A program made the translations under genes and the position numbers. A stretch of 64,000 nt of DNA, taken from NCBI GenBank assembly GCA_034530875.2, contig JAVRCJ020000002.1, forward strand, positions 256,001-320,000, written 5' to 3'. Positions 42,045-50,631 of this stretch are shown here, piece by piece. The first letter of the stretch is position 1; every line of letters starts with the position of its first letter. Source of the DNA: Nostoc sp. DedSLP01. GTDB taxonomy: Bacteria; Cyanobacteriota; Cyanobacteriia; Cyanobacteriales; Nostocaceae. The notes under the pieces were generated by a model that had not been told where the DNA came from, did not search any database, and was given only the letters and a program-made list of their open reading frames with translations.

Positions 42045-42941
42045 ATGTTTCAGCCAATAGGATTTGAACAACGCTCCGTAATTACCTCATTAGGTAAAAT
42101 AGTTTATTATACTGCTGCTGGATCGCCTTGGCAAAACGATGTGACAGCCAAAGACGGCCGGGAAACCTTGGTATTTCTCCACGGCTTTGGTGGAGGGTCT
42201 TCTGCTTATGAGTGGTCAAAAGTTTATCCGGCTTTTGCTAGTGAATATAGGATTATTGCACCAGATTTGATCGGTTGGGGTAGATCTGAGCATCCAGCAC
42301 GCAATTATAATATTGACGATTATTTGACAACGATTCGGGAATTTATTCAGCAGACTTGTAACGGCCCAGTCACAACGGTCGCTTCTTCTTTAACCGCGGC
42401 ATTTACAATTAGAGTAGCGATCGCTCATCCCGATTTATTTAAGTCTTTAATTCTCACTACTCCTGCCGGACTTTCTGACTTTGGTGAAAATTACTCTCGC
42501 AGCTTTTTTGCTCAGTTAGTCAGCGTTCCTGTTATCGACCGCGTGCTATACAGTACTGGAGTTGCTACCAGTGGCGGGGTTCGGGGTTTCTTAGAGCAAC
42601 GACAATTTGCTCAACCCAATCGAGTCTATCAGGAAATAGTAGATGCTTATCTACAATCTGCCCAACAGCCAAATGCTGAGTATGCAGCACTGTCTTTTGT
42701 ACGCGGCGATTTGTGCTTTGATTTATCGCTTTTTATTCAACAATTGACAACTCCCACGGCTATTATTTGGGGAAAAAAATCGGAATTTACAGGCCCTTCA
42801 ATTGGTCGCCGTCTCGCGGAAATGAATCCTCAAGCAATCCGATTTTTTCAACAATTGGAAGACGTCGGATTAACACCACAGTTAGAATTACCAGCAGTAA
42901 CAATTGGGTTAATTCGTCAATTTTTACCTTTGCTGAATTAA
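42045..42941 (+). CDS. Alpha/beta fold hydrolase
   Basis: LHGFGGG, PDLIGWGRS, ASSLT at the nucleophile elbow, IIWG. Confidence 0.88.
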   Translation: MFQPIGFEQRSVITSLGKIVYYTAAGSPWQNDVTAKDGRETLVFLHGFGGGSSAYEWSKVYPAFASEYRIIAPDLIGWGRSEHPARNYNIDDYLTTIREFIQQTCNGPVTTVASSLTAAFTIRVAIAHPDLFKSLILTTPAGLSDFGENYSRSFFAQLVSVPVIDRVLYSTGVATSGGVRGFLEQRQFAQPNRVYQEIVDAYLQSAQQPNAEYAALSFVRGDLCFDLSLFIQQLTTPTAIIWGKKSEFTGPSIGRRLAEMNPQAIRFFQQLEDVGLTPQLELPAVTIGLIRQFLPLLN

Positions 42942-43046
42942 TCTAAAAATTCAGAATTCAGAATTCAGGAGTCAGGAGTCAGAATAAAGCTTGGATTCTA
43001 AAATCAAACTTCCTATAAGTTCTTAATTTTTTAGCTTATTAAGCTT

Positions 43047-43213
43047 GCGAGCATCCCAAATGTGTAAAAACATATTTTGTCATTGCGAGCGTAATGAAAT
43101 GGAGCGAAGCAATTCGCTTGCTTCTAGCTGTTGCGATTGCTTCATTGGGCTTCGCTTCATTTGCTGTTTGACATCTGTTCTCTTTGTAAATTTGCTCTCA
43201 TTGGGATACTCCC
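43047..43213. mobile_element. MITE with 13-bp TIRs and a probable 9-bp TSD
   Basis: GCGAGCATCCCAA...TTGGGATACTCCC flanked by ATTAAGCTT/ACTAAGCTT; internal GTCATTGCGAG-type palindrome. Confidence 0.75.
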
Positions 43214-43268
43214 ACTAAGCTTGACCATCAAAGCCTTCTGAATTCTGAATTCTGAATTCTTACAAATA

Positions 43269-43802
43269 CTATTTATCTTTTAATCTGACATCAATGACAG
43301 TAGCATTGAAATTGTAGTTAAAACCTTCCAACTCAAATGGCATTCCAATTTTGACTTTACTGTTACCAAGAACTGGGCCGCTTTCAGTGACTTGGGCTTT
43401 ACCATCTAAAGTTAAAAGTAAATCTGTACTAAAGTTGTTACTTTTTGGATCTGGTAATTCTTTCACAGAACCATCAGGCTGGGAAACATTGATTGTTCTG
43501 GGCAGTTGTTGAATTGATTTAATCTCAATCTGACCGTATGGTTGGTTGCGGATGATTACATTAGTTTTACCGCCTTTTTTTAATCCGTTATTGAATAATT
43601 GTTCGGGGTCGCGTACATTCAAACCACGAACTACTAAATCTACCTCTATGGGCACTGTTTTCGCACCGACTTGGGCAACAGAACCAGAAGTGCCAGGGAA
43701 GAAAAAGATGCCAAATATAACTAGCAGAATTACCAGTGCAGCGCCTAAATCTAGGAGGTTAATTTTGCCAAATAAACGACCTTTTGAATCTAAAATAGCC
43801 AT
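43269..43802 (-). CDS. DUF4330 family protein
   Basis: MAILDSKGRLFGKINLLD plus one TM, IRNQP, KVKIG. Confidence 0.8.
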   Translation of the reverse strand: MAILDSKGRLFGKINLLDLGAALVILLVIFGIFFFPGTSGSVAQVGAKTVPIEVDLVVRGLNVRDPEQLFNNGLKKGGKTNVIIRNQPYGQIEIKSIQQLPRTINVSQPDGSVKELPDPKSNNFSTDLLLTLDGKAQVTESGPVLGNSKVKIGMPFELEGFNYNFNATVIDVRLKDK

Positions 43803-44193
43803 AAAAAGTTTTCCCAGGTAATAGCTAAGTAATTGATTGTAGCAAGAAGTTTTCGGATGACAACAGCAACTTTATCTTTTTGGTAATAATCCAAAGTAAC
43901 TGGGTCTTGCAGCCATGCGACAGTTTATCACGTGTTCGTTAGTTTCGAGCAGTGGCAGCTAACCCTGAAATTTTTGCCTATTAGAACTGATGTACCCAAA
44001 AGGTTAAATATGAGATTTAACCCTATCTATAGAGGGAATCATAGCCGTCAAATTTTAAGTATATTTGCGTAGGTATTGTTTGTATAACAACCTCTTGAGT
44101 TCTCAGTTAACAATGCAACTTAGAATACTCTAAATCCGTCTCATGATTTGTCTTATCATTTTACGTTTACCAAAATTATCTTCAGTGCGGATT

Positions 44194-45054
44194 ATGTTAA
44201 ATTGGAAAAATTTTTTTGTAAATTACCGGATGCGGCGGCGTCGCTGGTTTTATCCATTAATTTCTGTTGTAGTTGCTTTGAGTTTGTGTCTGAGTACAGC
44301 CCTACCTGGAAGAACTTTAGAATTCTTACCTTTGATATTGCAGGGAGTCCAAGTACTTCAGCTTTCTAATATATCCGATCGCCAGGAAACCGATCTTGGC
44401 AAAGAGATTAATCAGGAAATGGTAGGGCGTCAAGTCCGACTTTACCGCAATGCTGAAGTTAATGACTATGTAGAAAAAATTGGTCGGCGTTTAGCAGCTA
44501 ATAGCGATCGCCCCAATCTTCCCTATACTTTCCAAGTAGTAGATGACAATGCGATTAATGCCTTTGCCACTTTGGGAGGTTATGTATATGTACACACAGG
44601 TTTGCTCAAAGCCGCAGATAATGAAGCGGAACTGGCAAGCGTCATGGCCCATGAAATCGGTCACATTGGCGGCAGACACTTAGTTAAACAGATGCGGCAA
44701 AGAGCGATCGCTAGCGGTTTAGCTAGTGCAACTGGTTTAGATCGCAACACGGCTGTCAATATTGGTGTAGAACTTGCCTTAAATCGTCCCAACAGTCGTA
44801 AAGATGAATATGATGCCGATCAAAGAGGATTAAGAACTTTGACACGCGCTGGTTATGCCCAGTCCGCAATGGTTTCTTTTATGCAGAAGTTGCTGAAACA
44901 GGGTGGTTCTGTGCCAACATTTTTAAGTACGCACCCTGGAACAAGCGATCGCATTGCCGGCCTCAGACGTGCAATTGAGTCTAAACCGAGTAATTCAAGT
45001 TATGGGTTGGACAGTGCTAGTTATAGAGCTAATATTCGACCGTTAGTCAAGTAG
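44194..45054 (+). CDS. M48 family metallopeptidase
   Basis: INAFA..GG, HEIGH, SRKDEYDAD, FLSTHP. Confidence 0.92.
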   Translation: MLNWKNFFVNYRMRRRRWFYPLISVVVALSLCLSTALPGRTLEFLPLILQGVQVLQLSNISDRQETDLGKEINQEMVGRQVRLYRNAEVNDYVEKIGRRLAANSDRPNLPYTFQVVDDNAINAFATLGGYVYVHTGLLKAADNEAELASVMAHEIGHIGGRHLVKQMRQRAIASGLASATGLDRNTAVNIGVELALNRPNSRKDEYDADQRGLRTLTRAGYAQSAMVSFMQKLLKQGGSVPTFLSTHPGTSDRIAGLRRAIESKPSNSSYGLDSASYRANIRPLVK

Positions 45055-45101
45055 TCTTGAGGCCAAGCTCAAGGAGTGGAGCTATACGGATAATACTCTT
45101 T

Positions 45102-45151
45102 GGCAGAGGACAAAAATTGTATTTTCTTTTTTCTGTCCTCTGCCTTTTTTT
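45102..45151 (+). terminator. Intrinsic terminator
   Basis: GGCAGAGGACA...TGTCCTCTGCC followed by T7. Confidence 0.6.
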
Positions 45152-45282
45152 GAGGATTTTTCCTCAATTTTCCAACGTAGGTAAGTAGTTGGACAAAAAT
45201 ATTTACAGTCATTACCAGAGAAGCAATCTTCAACCTTGCGATCGCTTGTTTGAGATCCAGCTGCGCTAGTGATGGAATAACT

Positions 45283-46056
45283 TTAGGGATAAGCTATAAA
45301 TAAATGGTTTTTACGGGTGTCATATTGTTCTTTAAACTCCTCTTGACTAAAAGGCTTTTCGCCGTTGAGCCATAAATCAAGTAAAGAAATTTTCAGTCCG
45401 CATTCTAAACAAAGTAGGTTATAAACATCTTCGGGATTAGTGCCGTAGTACTTTGCGGCTCCTAAACTGTATTCAAAAATTATAATCGGCTTGTCTCTTT
45501 TAATAATATTTTTTGCACCAAGTAAAACTTGTAGTTCTGCTCCTTCAACATCTATTTTGATCAGTGATATTTTTTCAGTCTTCTCGAATAATATATTATC
45601 TAATAGATCGGTTTTTACAGTTATTTCTACTACCCGATCGTCGGATTTAGGATACTCGCGTTTTTGTAAGCCGCTGTAAGCTGGACGGTTAACTACATAG
45701 TTAAACTTTGCAGTTTCCTGTTTATCGCTTAATGCTAAGTTATATATCTCAATGTTTGGCTTATTAAATTGTTGAACTAAATACTCGTATGATTTGGGTA
45801 ATGGTTCAAATGCAAAAAGTTTACCTTGGGTGCAATATTTCATCATGATACCCAATATAATTCCGTGATGACAGCCTACATCTACAGCCACGGAATCAGG
45901 TTGCAAGACTTTTTGAATAACTTTTGCAGTGAAGTAGTCATAGTTAACAGATTTAAACTTCTTTATTAATCCATATTGTGCAGCCAACATTTTTACATAA
46001 GGTATATTTTCATAACCTATGATTGAGCTGAGGATACGTATAGCTAGAAGCTTCAT
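45283..46056 (-). CDS. FkbM family methyltransferase
   Basis: VDVGCHHG, AFEP, LIKIDVEGAE, KPIIIFE; visibly AT-rich. Confidence 0.9.
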   Translation of the reverse strand: MKLLAIRILSSIIGYENIPYVKMLAAQYGLIKKFKSVNYDYFTAKVIQKVLQPDSVAVDVGCHHGIILGIMMKYCTQGKLFAFEPLPKSYEYLVQQFNKPNIEIYNLALSDKQETAKFNYVVNRPAYSGLQKREYPKSDDRVVEITVKTDLLDNILFEKTEKISLIKIDVEGAELQVLLGAKNIIKRDKPIIIFEYSLGAAKYYGTNPEDVYNLLCLECGLKISLLDLWLNGEKPFSQEEFKEQYDTRKNHLFIAYP

Positions 46057-46155
46057 TTTGATTCACCTATAGGAAGTTTATCTGCTTATTTCTTGCTGAT
46101 ACCAATCAAAGTTATGAAATAGTTTGTTTTTTTAAGTTAGTTGTATAAATTATAT

Positions 46156-46920
46156 TCAATAATGCTCAATTTTATCACGGCGATTAACTTTAATTTTTGC
46201 TGGGTCAACAACGACAGCTAAATCTCGTAAAGGGAGGGCACGGAGATAGTTTCTAAAAATGTTAACTTGATAAACTAAATTGTTTGTAACATCTAGTCCA
46301 GTCAACCAACCACTCCGGGGATGATATGCGCCGGTATCTATACCTAGCCATCCCTGTCCTTGTGCCAATTGACCGGGAGAAACCCCAGGTAAAGTAAAAG
46401 TAATAGTGTGACCGATAATAATTTGCTTGTCGGGGAAGTAAGGTTGGGGAATGCTGTGGAATTCTTCTCGTATCCAGCAGAGTTGATCGGCTGTTTGTTC
46501 TTTGACTGGCTTAGAAGGGTCAACACCAGCATGAGTTAACCAAATATCCCCCAAGTCAATATATGTAGGTAAAGCCTTGAGCCAATCTAAATGGTCATCT
46601 GGAATTGTCGCGTCATGGTAACTGGCTACGGTAGCTTGCCCTCCACTATACAACCATGCTTGCATCCTTGGAGAGGAAGCCCTTTCATCCGTCAGAATGC
46701 TTAATAACATCTGCTCGTGATTTCCCAACAAACACGGGTAGTTATTTTCTTTGACAAAATCAACTACTTGCGAACTGTGAGGCCCGCGATCGATTAAGTC
46801 TCCCAGAAAATAGACTCGATCCTCTGATGTCGGGGCGATCGCTTCCAACAATGTCATTAAACCTTCATAGTGACCATGTACATCCCCAATTACAATTTGC
46901 CTGGGGTTAGTTTCGCTCAT
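46156..46920 (-). CDS. Calcineurin-like (PPP/ApaH type) metallophosphoesterase
   Basis: GDVHG, GDLIDRG, GNHE, HAG, GHT, IDTG. Confidence 0.92.
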   Translation of the reverse strand: MSETNPRQIVIGDVHGHYEGLMTLLEAIAPTSEDRVYFLGDLIDRGPHSSQVVDFVKENNYPCLLGNHEQMLLSILTDERASSPRMQAWLYSGGQATVASYHDATIPDDHLDWLKALPTYIDLGDIWLTHAGVDPSKPVKEQTADQLCWIREEFHSIPQPYFPDKQIIIGHTITFTLPGVSPGQLAQGQGWLGIDTGAYHPRSGWLTGLDVTNNLVYQVNIFRNYLRALPLRDLAVVVDPAKIKVNRRDKIEHY

Positions 46921-47201
46921 TGTTTCTTGGCTGCAATAATTTGGAATTTTTGGATAATACTTCTGCTACAGTTTAAGCCGTCTAGTTTCCGCAATAACAG
47001 GTAAAAATACTGGATAAATTTTATTTTAATATAAAGTTTAATTTAAATTTAATTCTGACTCCAATTAGGTATCAGTTTTACTGGCGATCGCAGTATATTA
47101 TAGTCTATGGGTTTTGTGACAATTTAAAAACAGGTCGCTTGAATCTAGATTGTTAGCCTAGAATTTAAGGCGTGACTCTATACCTGACTTTCAATTTTAA
47201 A

Positions 47202-47486
47202 ATGTCTGAGGATTTTTCCCCTGAAATTAGTTCGCGGATCTGCAATCACATGAATGAGGATCATGCTGATGCAGTGGTTCTTTATGCTCAAGCTTTTGGT
47301 GGCGTTACAGATGCAAACTCAGCACAAATGCTGTCAATTGATGCACAGGGCATGGATTTAACAGCACAAGTGAATGGTGAAAATTTGCCAGTTCGTATTC
47401 AGTTCGATCGTGTTTTAGCAAATGCAGAAGATGCTCATCAAACTCTGATTGCAATGGTGAAGCAGGCGCGGTTGAAGGCAAAGTAA
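47202..47486 (+). CDS. DUF2470 domain protein
   Basis: ICNHMNEDHAD, IDAQGMDL. Confidence 0.85.
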   Translation: MSEDFSPEISSRICNHMNEDHADAVVLYAQAFGGVTDANSAQMLSIDAQGMDLTAQVNGENLPVRIQFDRVLANAEDAHQTLIAMVKQARLKAK

Positions 47487-47572
47487 AAAATGACAAACTA
47501 ATTTACAACGATTTCAATTGAATAAATTACATACTCAGGGACACGATATATTGTGCCCCTAATTTGTACTAT

Positions 47573-48982
47573 ATGCACATCGAGAAGATTCGGTTTGTTG
47601 ATTTATTTTCAGGAATAGGAGGAATTAGATTAGCCTTTGAACGGGCTGCTGATTCTTTAAATATAGAAAGTGAATGTGTTTTCAGTAGCGAAATTAATCC
47701 AGATGCTCGATTAGTTTATGAAAAAAACTTTAACCAAACACCCTTAGGTGATATTCGTTTAATCGATCGACTACCAGAACATGAATTTTTATTAGCTGGG
47801 TTTCCTTGCCAGTCTTTTTCTCACGCTGGTAAAAAAGAAGGCTTTGGCGATACGCGAGGCACATTATTTTTTGAAATTACCAGATTAATTGATACTTATA
47901 AACCACAAGCTTTTATTTTTGAAAATGTCCGGGGGTTTTATAGCCACGATGGAGGAAGAACTCTAGCAACGATTCAGCATGAAATTCAAAAACGAGGTTA
48001 TAGCTTTGATGCCTTTTTACTCAACAGCGCAAACTTTGGCTTACCACAAAACCGCGTCCGTATTTATATGATAGGCATTTTAAATGCTTCTCCCACTTTT
48101 GACTTGATTTCTGATGTGGGGCCAAAAGATTCTCATTCATATAACCCTCAGCAATTATCTTTGTTTTATCCACTAAAAAAGTCTGTGATTGTTAGTGATA
48201 TTTTGGAAAATAATCCAGATGAAAAATATAATTGTTCGCCAGAGTTTGTCAATGCGTTAAAACGAATATTTAACAATGATTTAAATCGCTTACATGGAGT
48301 CAGGCTGATTGATTATCGGGGTGGAAACTCTATTCACTCGTGGGATTTAGGATTGCGTGGCGAGTGTAGTGCAGAAGAAATTGAACTGATGAACTGTTTT
48401 ATTTTAAAAAGACGAAATAAAGAATTTGGGCAAGAGCAAGATGGTAAATTATTAACTCAGGAACAAATAGCTAGTTTTTTTAAACATCCCAATCTTGGAG
48501 AAGTTTTGAATTCGTTGGTTAGCAAAAAATATTTAAAACTGATTAATAATAAATATAAACCTCTATCAGGTAACTTTTCATTTGAAGTTTATAAATTTGT
48601 AGATCCAAATAAAATTTCAGTAACGTTGGTTGCTAGCGATGCGAATAGATTAGGAGTTTATCACAATCATAGAGTACGGCGATTAACTCCGCGAGAAGCA
48701 GCAAGGCTGCAAGGGTTTCCTGATAGTTTTATACTTCATTCTAATGATGATAAAGCTTATTATCAGCTGGGAAATTCTGTGAGTATTAATGTAGTTAAAG
48801 CTGTGGCTCAGGAAGTAATATTGAAAATATTTATGCCATGTCCAACACCACTATCTCAAGCAGTAACATATCCTTGGGTCAAGACGCGACGCCAGTCGCT
48901 ACAACGGGGAGCCACTGCGTTGGACGGGTTTCCCGGCTTGAAGCAAGTGGCGTGGGAACCCCCGCAACGCGCTGGCTCATAA
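47573..48982 (+). CDS. Orphan C5-cytosine DNA methyltransferase
   Basis: DLFSGIGG, GFPCQSFS, ENV, PQNRVR, RRLTPREAARLQGFP, GNSV; no restriction gene adjacent. Confidence 0.93.
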   Translation: MHIEKIRFVDLFSGIGGIRLAFERAADSLNIESECVFSSEINPDARLVYEKNFNQTPLGDIRLIDRLPEHEFLLAGFPCQSFSHAGKKEGFGDTRGTLFFEITRLIDTYKPQAFIFENVRGFYSHDGGRTLATIQHEIQKRGYSFDAFLLNSANFGLPQNRVRIYMIGILNASPTFDLISDVGPKDSHSYNPQQLSLFYPLKKSVIVSDILENNPDEKYNCSPEFVNALKRIFNNDLNRLHGVRLIDYRGGNSIHSWDLGLRGECSAEEIELMNCFILKRRNKEFGQEQDGKLLTQEQIASFFKHPNLGEVLNSLVSKKYLKLINNKYKPLSGNFSFEVYKFVDPNKISVTLVASDANRLGVYHNHRVRRLTPREAARLQGFPDSFILHSNDDKAYYQLGNSVSINVVKAVAQEVILKIFMPCPTPLSQAVTYPWVKTRRQSLQRGATALDGFPGLKQVAWEPPQRAGS

Positions 48983-48995
48983 ATCGCGTCTCTAC
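48881..48995. repeat. Two nested small dispersed repeats inside a GACGCGAT/ATCGCGTC hairpin
   Basis: Outer 48889-48907 plus 48954-48978; inner 48908-48953 in the opposite orientation. Confidence 0.75.
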
Positions 48996-49022
48996 AAAAG
49001 GTCTATTTGTCGCATTCTTTTT

Positions 49023-49817
49023 TCAATCTTGTGTTTGCAATAACCAAAAGCCGCTGTAAGTCATTCCAGAATCATCAGGTTGGACTAATAAAAAATGCAA
49101 TCCTTGGCTTTGTTGTTTTCGTTGTTCGTAGACTTGGGCTGCTGTGGTAACTTCTGGATCTTCAAAAGTGGCAAGAACCCATCTATCCACTAAGCCTGCT
49201 TCTAATATTAAGCCGTCTGGTGCGCCAGAAATGTAGTTCAATTCCACTGGACGGGCTTGCTGTAACCACCGCGCTAACTGCATTGATCGCCGTCCACCAT
49301 AAACGATCGCGCCAGGAACAGCCACGGTTGACGCTAAACCTAAATTAATCGGTTTGAGATATTCTGGTACGTGCAAAATCGGAATGGGGCGTTGTGCAAA
49401 CGCATCTACGAGTTCGCCAGCTGGGAGTGTCGCAAAACGCCATTGTTCTCCCAAGAGGTTTTCTGGCAATGGTGCAGGGGGTGGTTTATCCAGCACTGAA
49501 GGATATTGCTTTTCCTGTAACCATTGTTTCAGTGCTAAAGTGCGGCGAGTCGGTTCGACATTAATACCTAAATTACGTCCAGCTGCCTCAATTAAACTGA
49601 GAGATTGAGGACGAAACACTTGAATTACATCCGGCAATCGATCGCCAGCTGCTTGCTGAAGTTGAGTAGCAACCCAGTTAGAATTTGCTGCTGACTGAAG
49701 ACAAGTAGCTTGATATTCAAAGCTGCGAGTTGCATCACAAATGAACAACTCCCATAACACCTGTCCGGATGCATCTGGTTGTGGACGACGATAAAAATCA
49801 GCCTGCCAAATTTTCAT
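49023..49817 (-). CDS. Tab2/Atab2 family RNA-binding protein (DUF1092)
   Basis: WQADFYRRP, WELFICD, PTRRT.AL, GLILEAGLVDRW, GLHFLLVQPDDSG..GFWLL. Confidence 0.9.
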   Translation of the reverse strand: MKIWQADFYRRPQPDASGQVLWELFICDATRSFEYQATCLQSAANSNWVATQLQQAAGDRLPDVIQVFRPQSLSLIEAAGRNLGINVEPTRRTLALKQWLQEKQYPSVLDKPPPAPLPENLLGEQWRFATLPAGELVDAFAQRPIPILHVPEYLKPINLGLASTVAVPGAIVYGGRRSMQLARWLQQARPVELNYISGAPDGLILEAGLVDRWVLATFEDPEVTTAAQVYEQRKQQSQGLHFLLVQPDDSGMTYSGFWLLQTQD

Positions 49818-49898
49818 AAGTTGGGGAGTGGGGAGTGGGGAGTGGGGAGGCAGGGGGAGCAGGGGAGGCAGGGGGAGAGAGTTAAAACTGAAAATTTC

Positions 49899-50192
49899 GA
49901 GTTCAGATGCTCAACGTTTGAGTTCGGAGGCTCAACGTTCCAGCAAAAAGATGCAATTTCCGAGTTCGGAGGCTCAACGTTCCAGCAAAAAGATGCAATT
50001 TCCGAGTTCGGAGGCTCAACGTTCCAGCAAAAAGGTGCAACTTCCGAGCTCGGAGGTGCAACGTTCCAGCAAAAAGGTGCAATTTCCGAGTTCGGAGGTT
50101 CAACGTTCCAGCAAAAAGGTGCAATTTCCGAGTTCGGAGGTGCAACGTTCGAGTTCAAAGGCTCAACGTTTGAATAAAAAGGCTTAACGTTG
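49899..50192. repeat. 21-bp tandem array (14 units, A/B alternation giving five 42-bp repeats) embedded in STRR arms
   Basis: A = GAGTTCGGAGGCTCAACGTTC, B = CAGCAAAAAGATGCAATTTCC; flanked by (GGGGAGT)n/(GCAGGGGGA)n and (CCCAATG)n. Confidence 0.92.
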
Positions 50193-50265
50193 AGCTTCAT
50201 CTCCTCCATACCCAATGCCCAATGCCCAATGCCCCATGCCCAATGCCCCATGCCCAATGGTCAAT

Positions 50266-50535
50266 TCAAATAGCCTGAATCCATTCTTTGACAGAATATT
50301 CTGTCCAAATGCCATTTTTCCAGTAGGGATCGTTTTCAATTAATTCGCGGACAGTGGCTTCGTCTTCGGCTTCGTAAATTCCAAAAACTTTTGTGACATC
50401 TTTGGTAGGGCCGATGGTAATCAGCACGCCGGATTCTTTCTGTTTTGCTAATCCGTCTAAGTGAGCTTGACGGTGAGGGACGCGTTTTTCAAGAACGTCT
50501 TCGCAGTAAGTTCCCCAGAGTACATATTTAGGCAT
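50266..50535 (-). CDS. YciI family protein
   Basis: RVPHRQAHL, GP, DPYWKNG. Confidence 0.85.
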   Translation of the reverse strand: MPKYVLWGTYCEDVLEKRVPHRQAHLDGLAKQKESGVLITIGPTKDVTKVFGIYEAEDEATVRELIENDPYWKNGIWTEYSVKEWIQAI

Positions 50536-50631
50536 AAACAATTTTGGATTTTGGATTTTAGATTTTATATTTTGGAACCAGTATGTTGGGGAGTGAGGAA
50601 TTATTAATTTATAACTCCTAACTCCTAACTC

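Noticed and set aside
49899..50192. CRISPR array
   Set aside because: The intervening 21-mers are near-identical rather than unique spacers, and there are no cas genes or leader.
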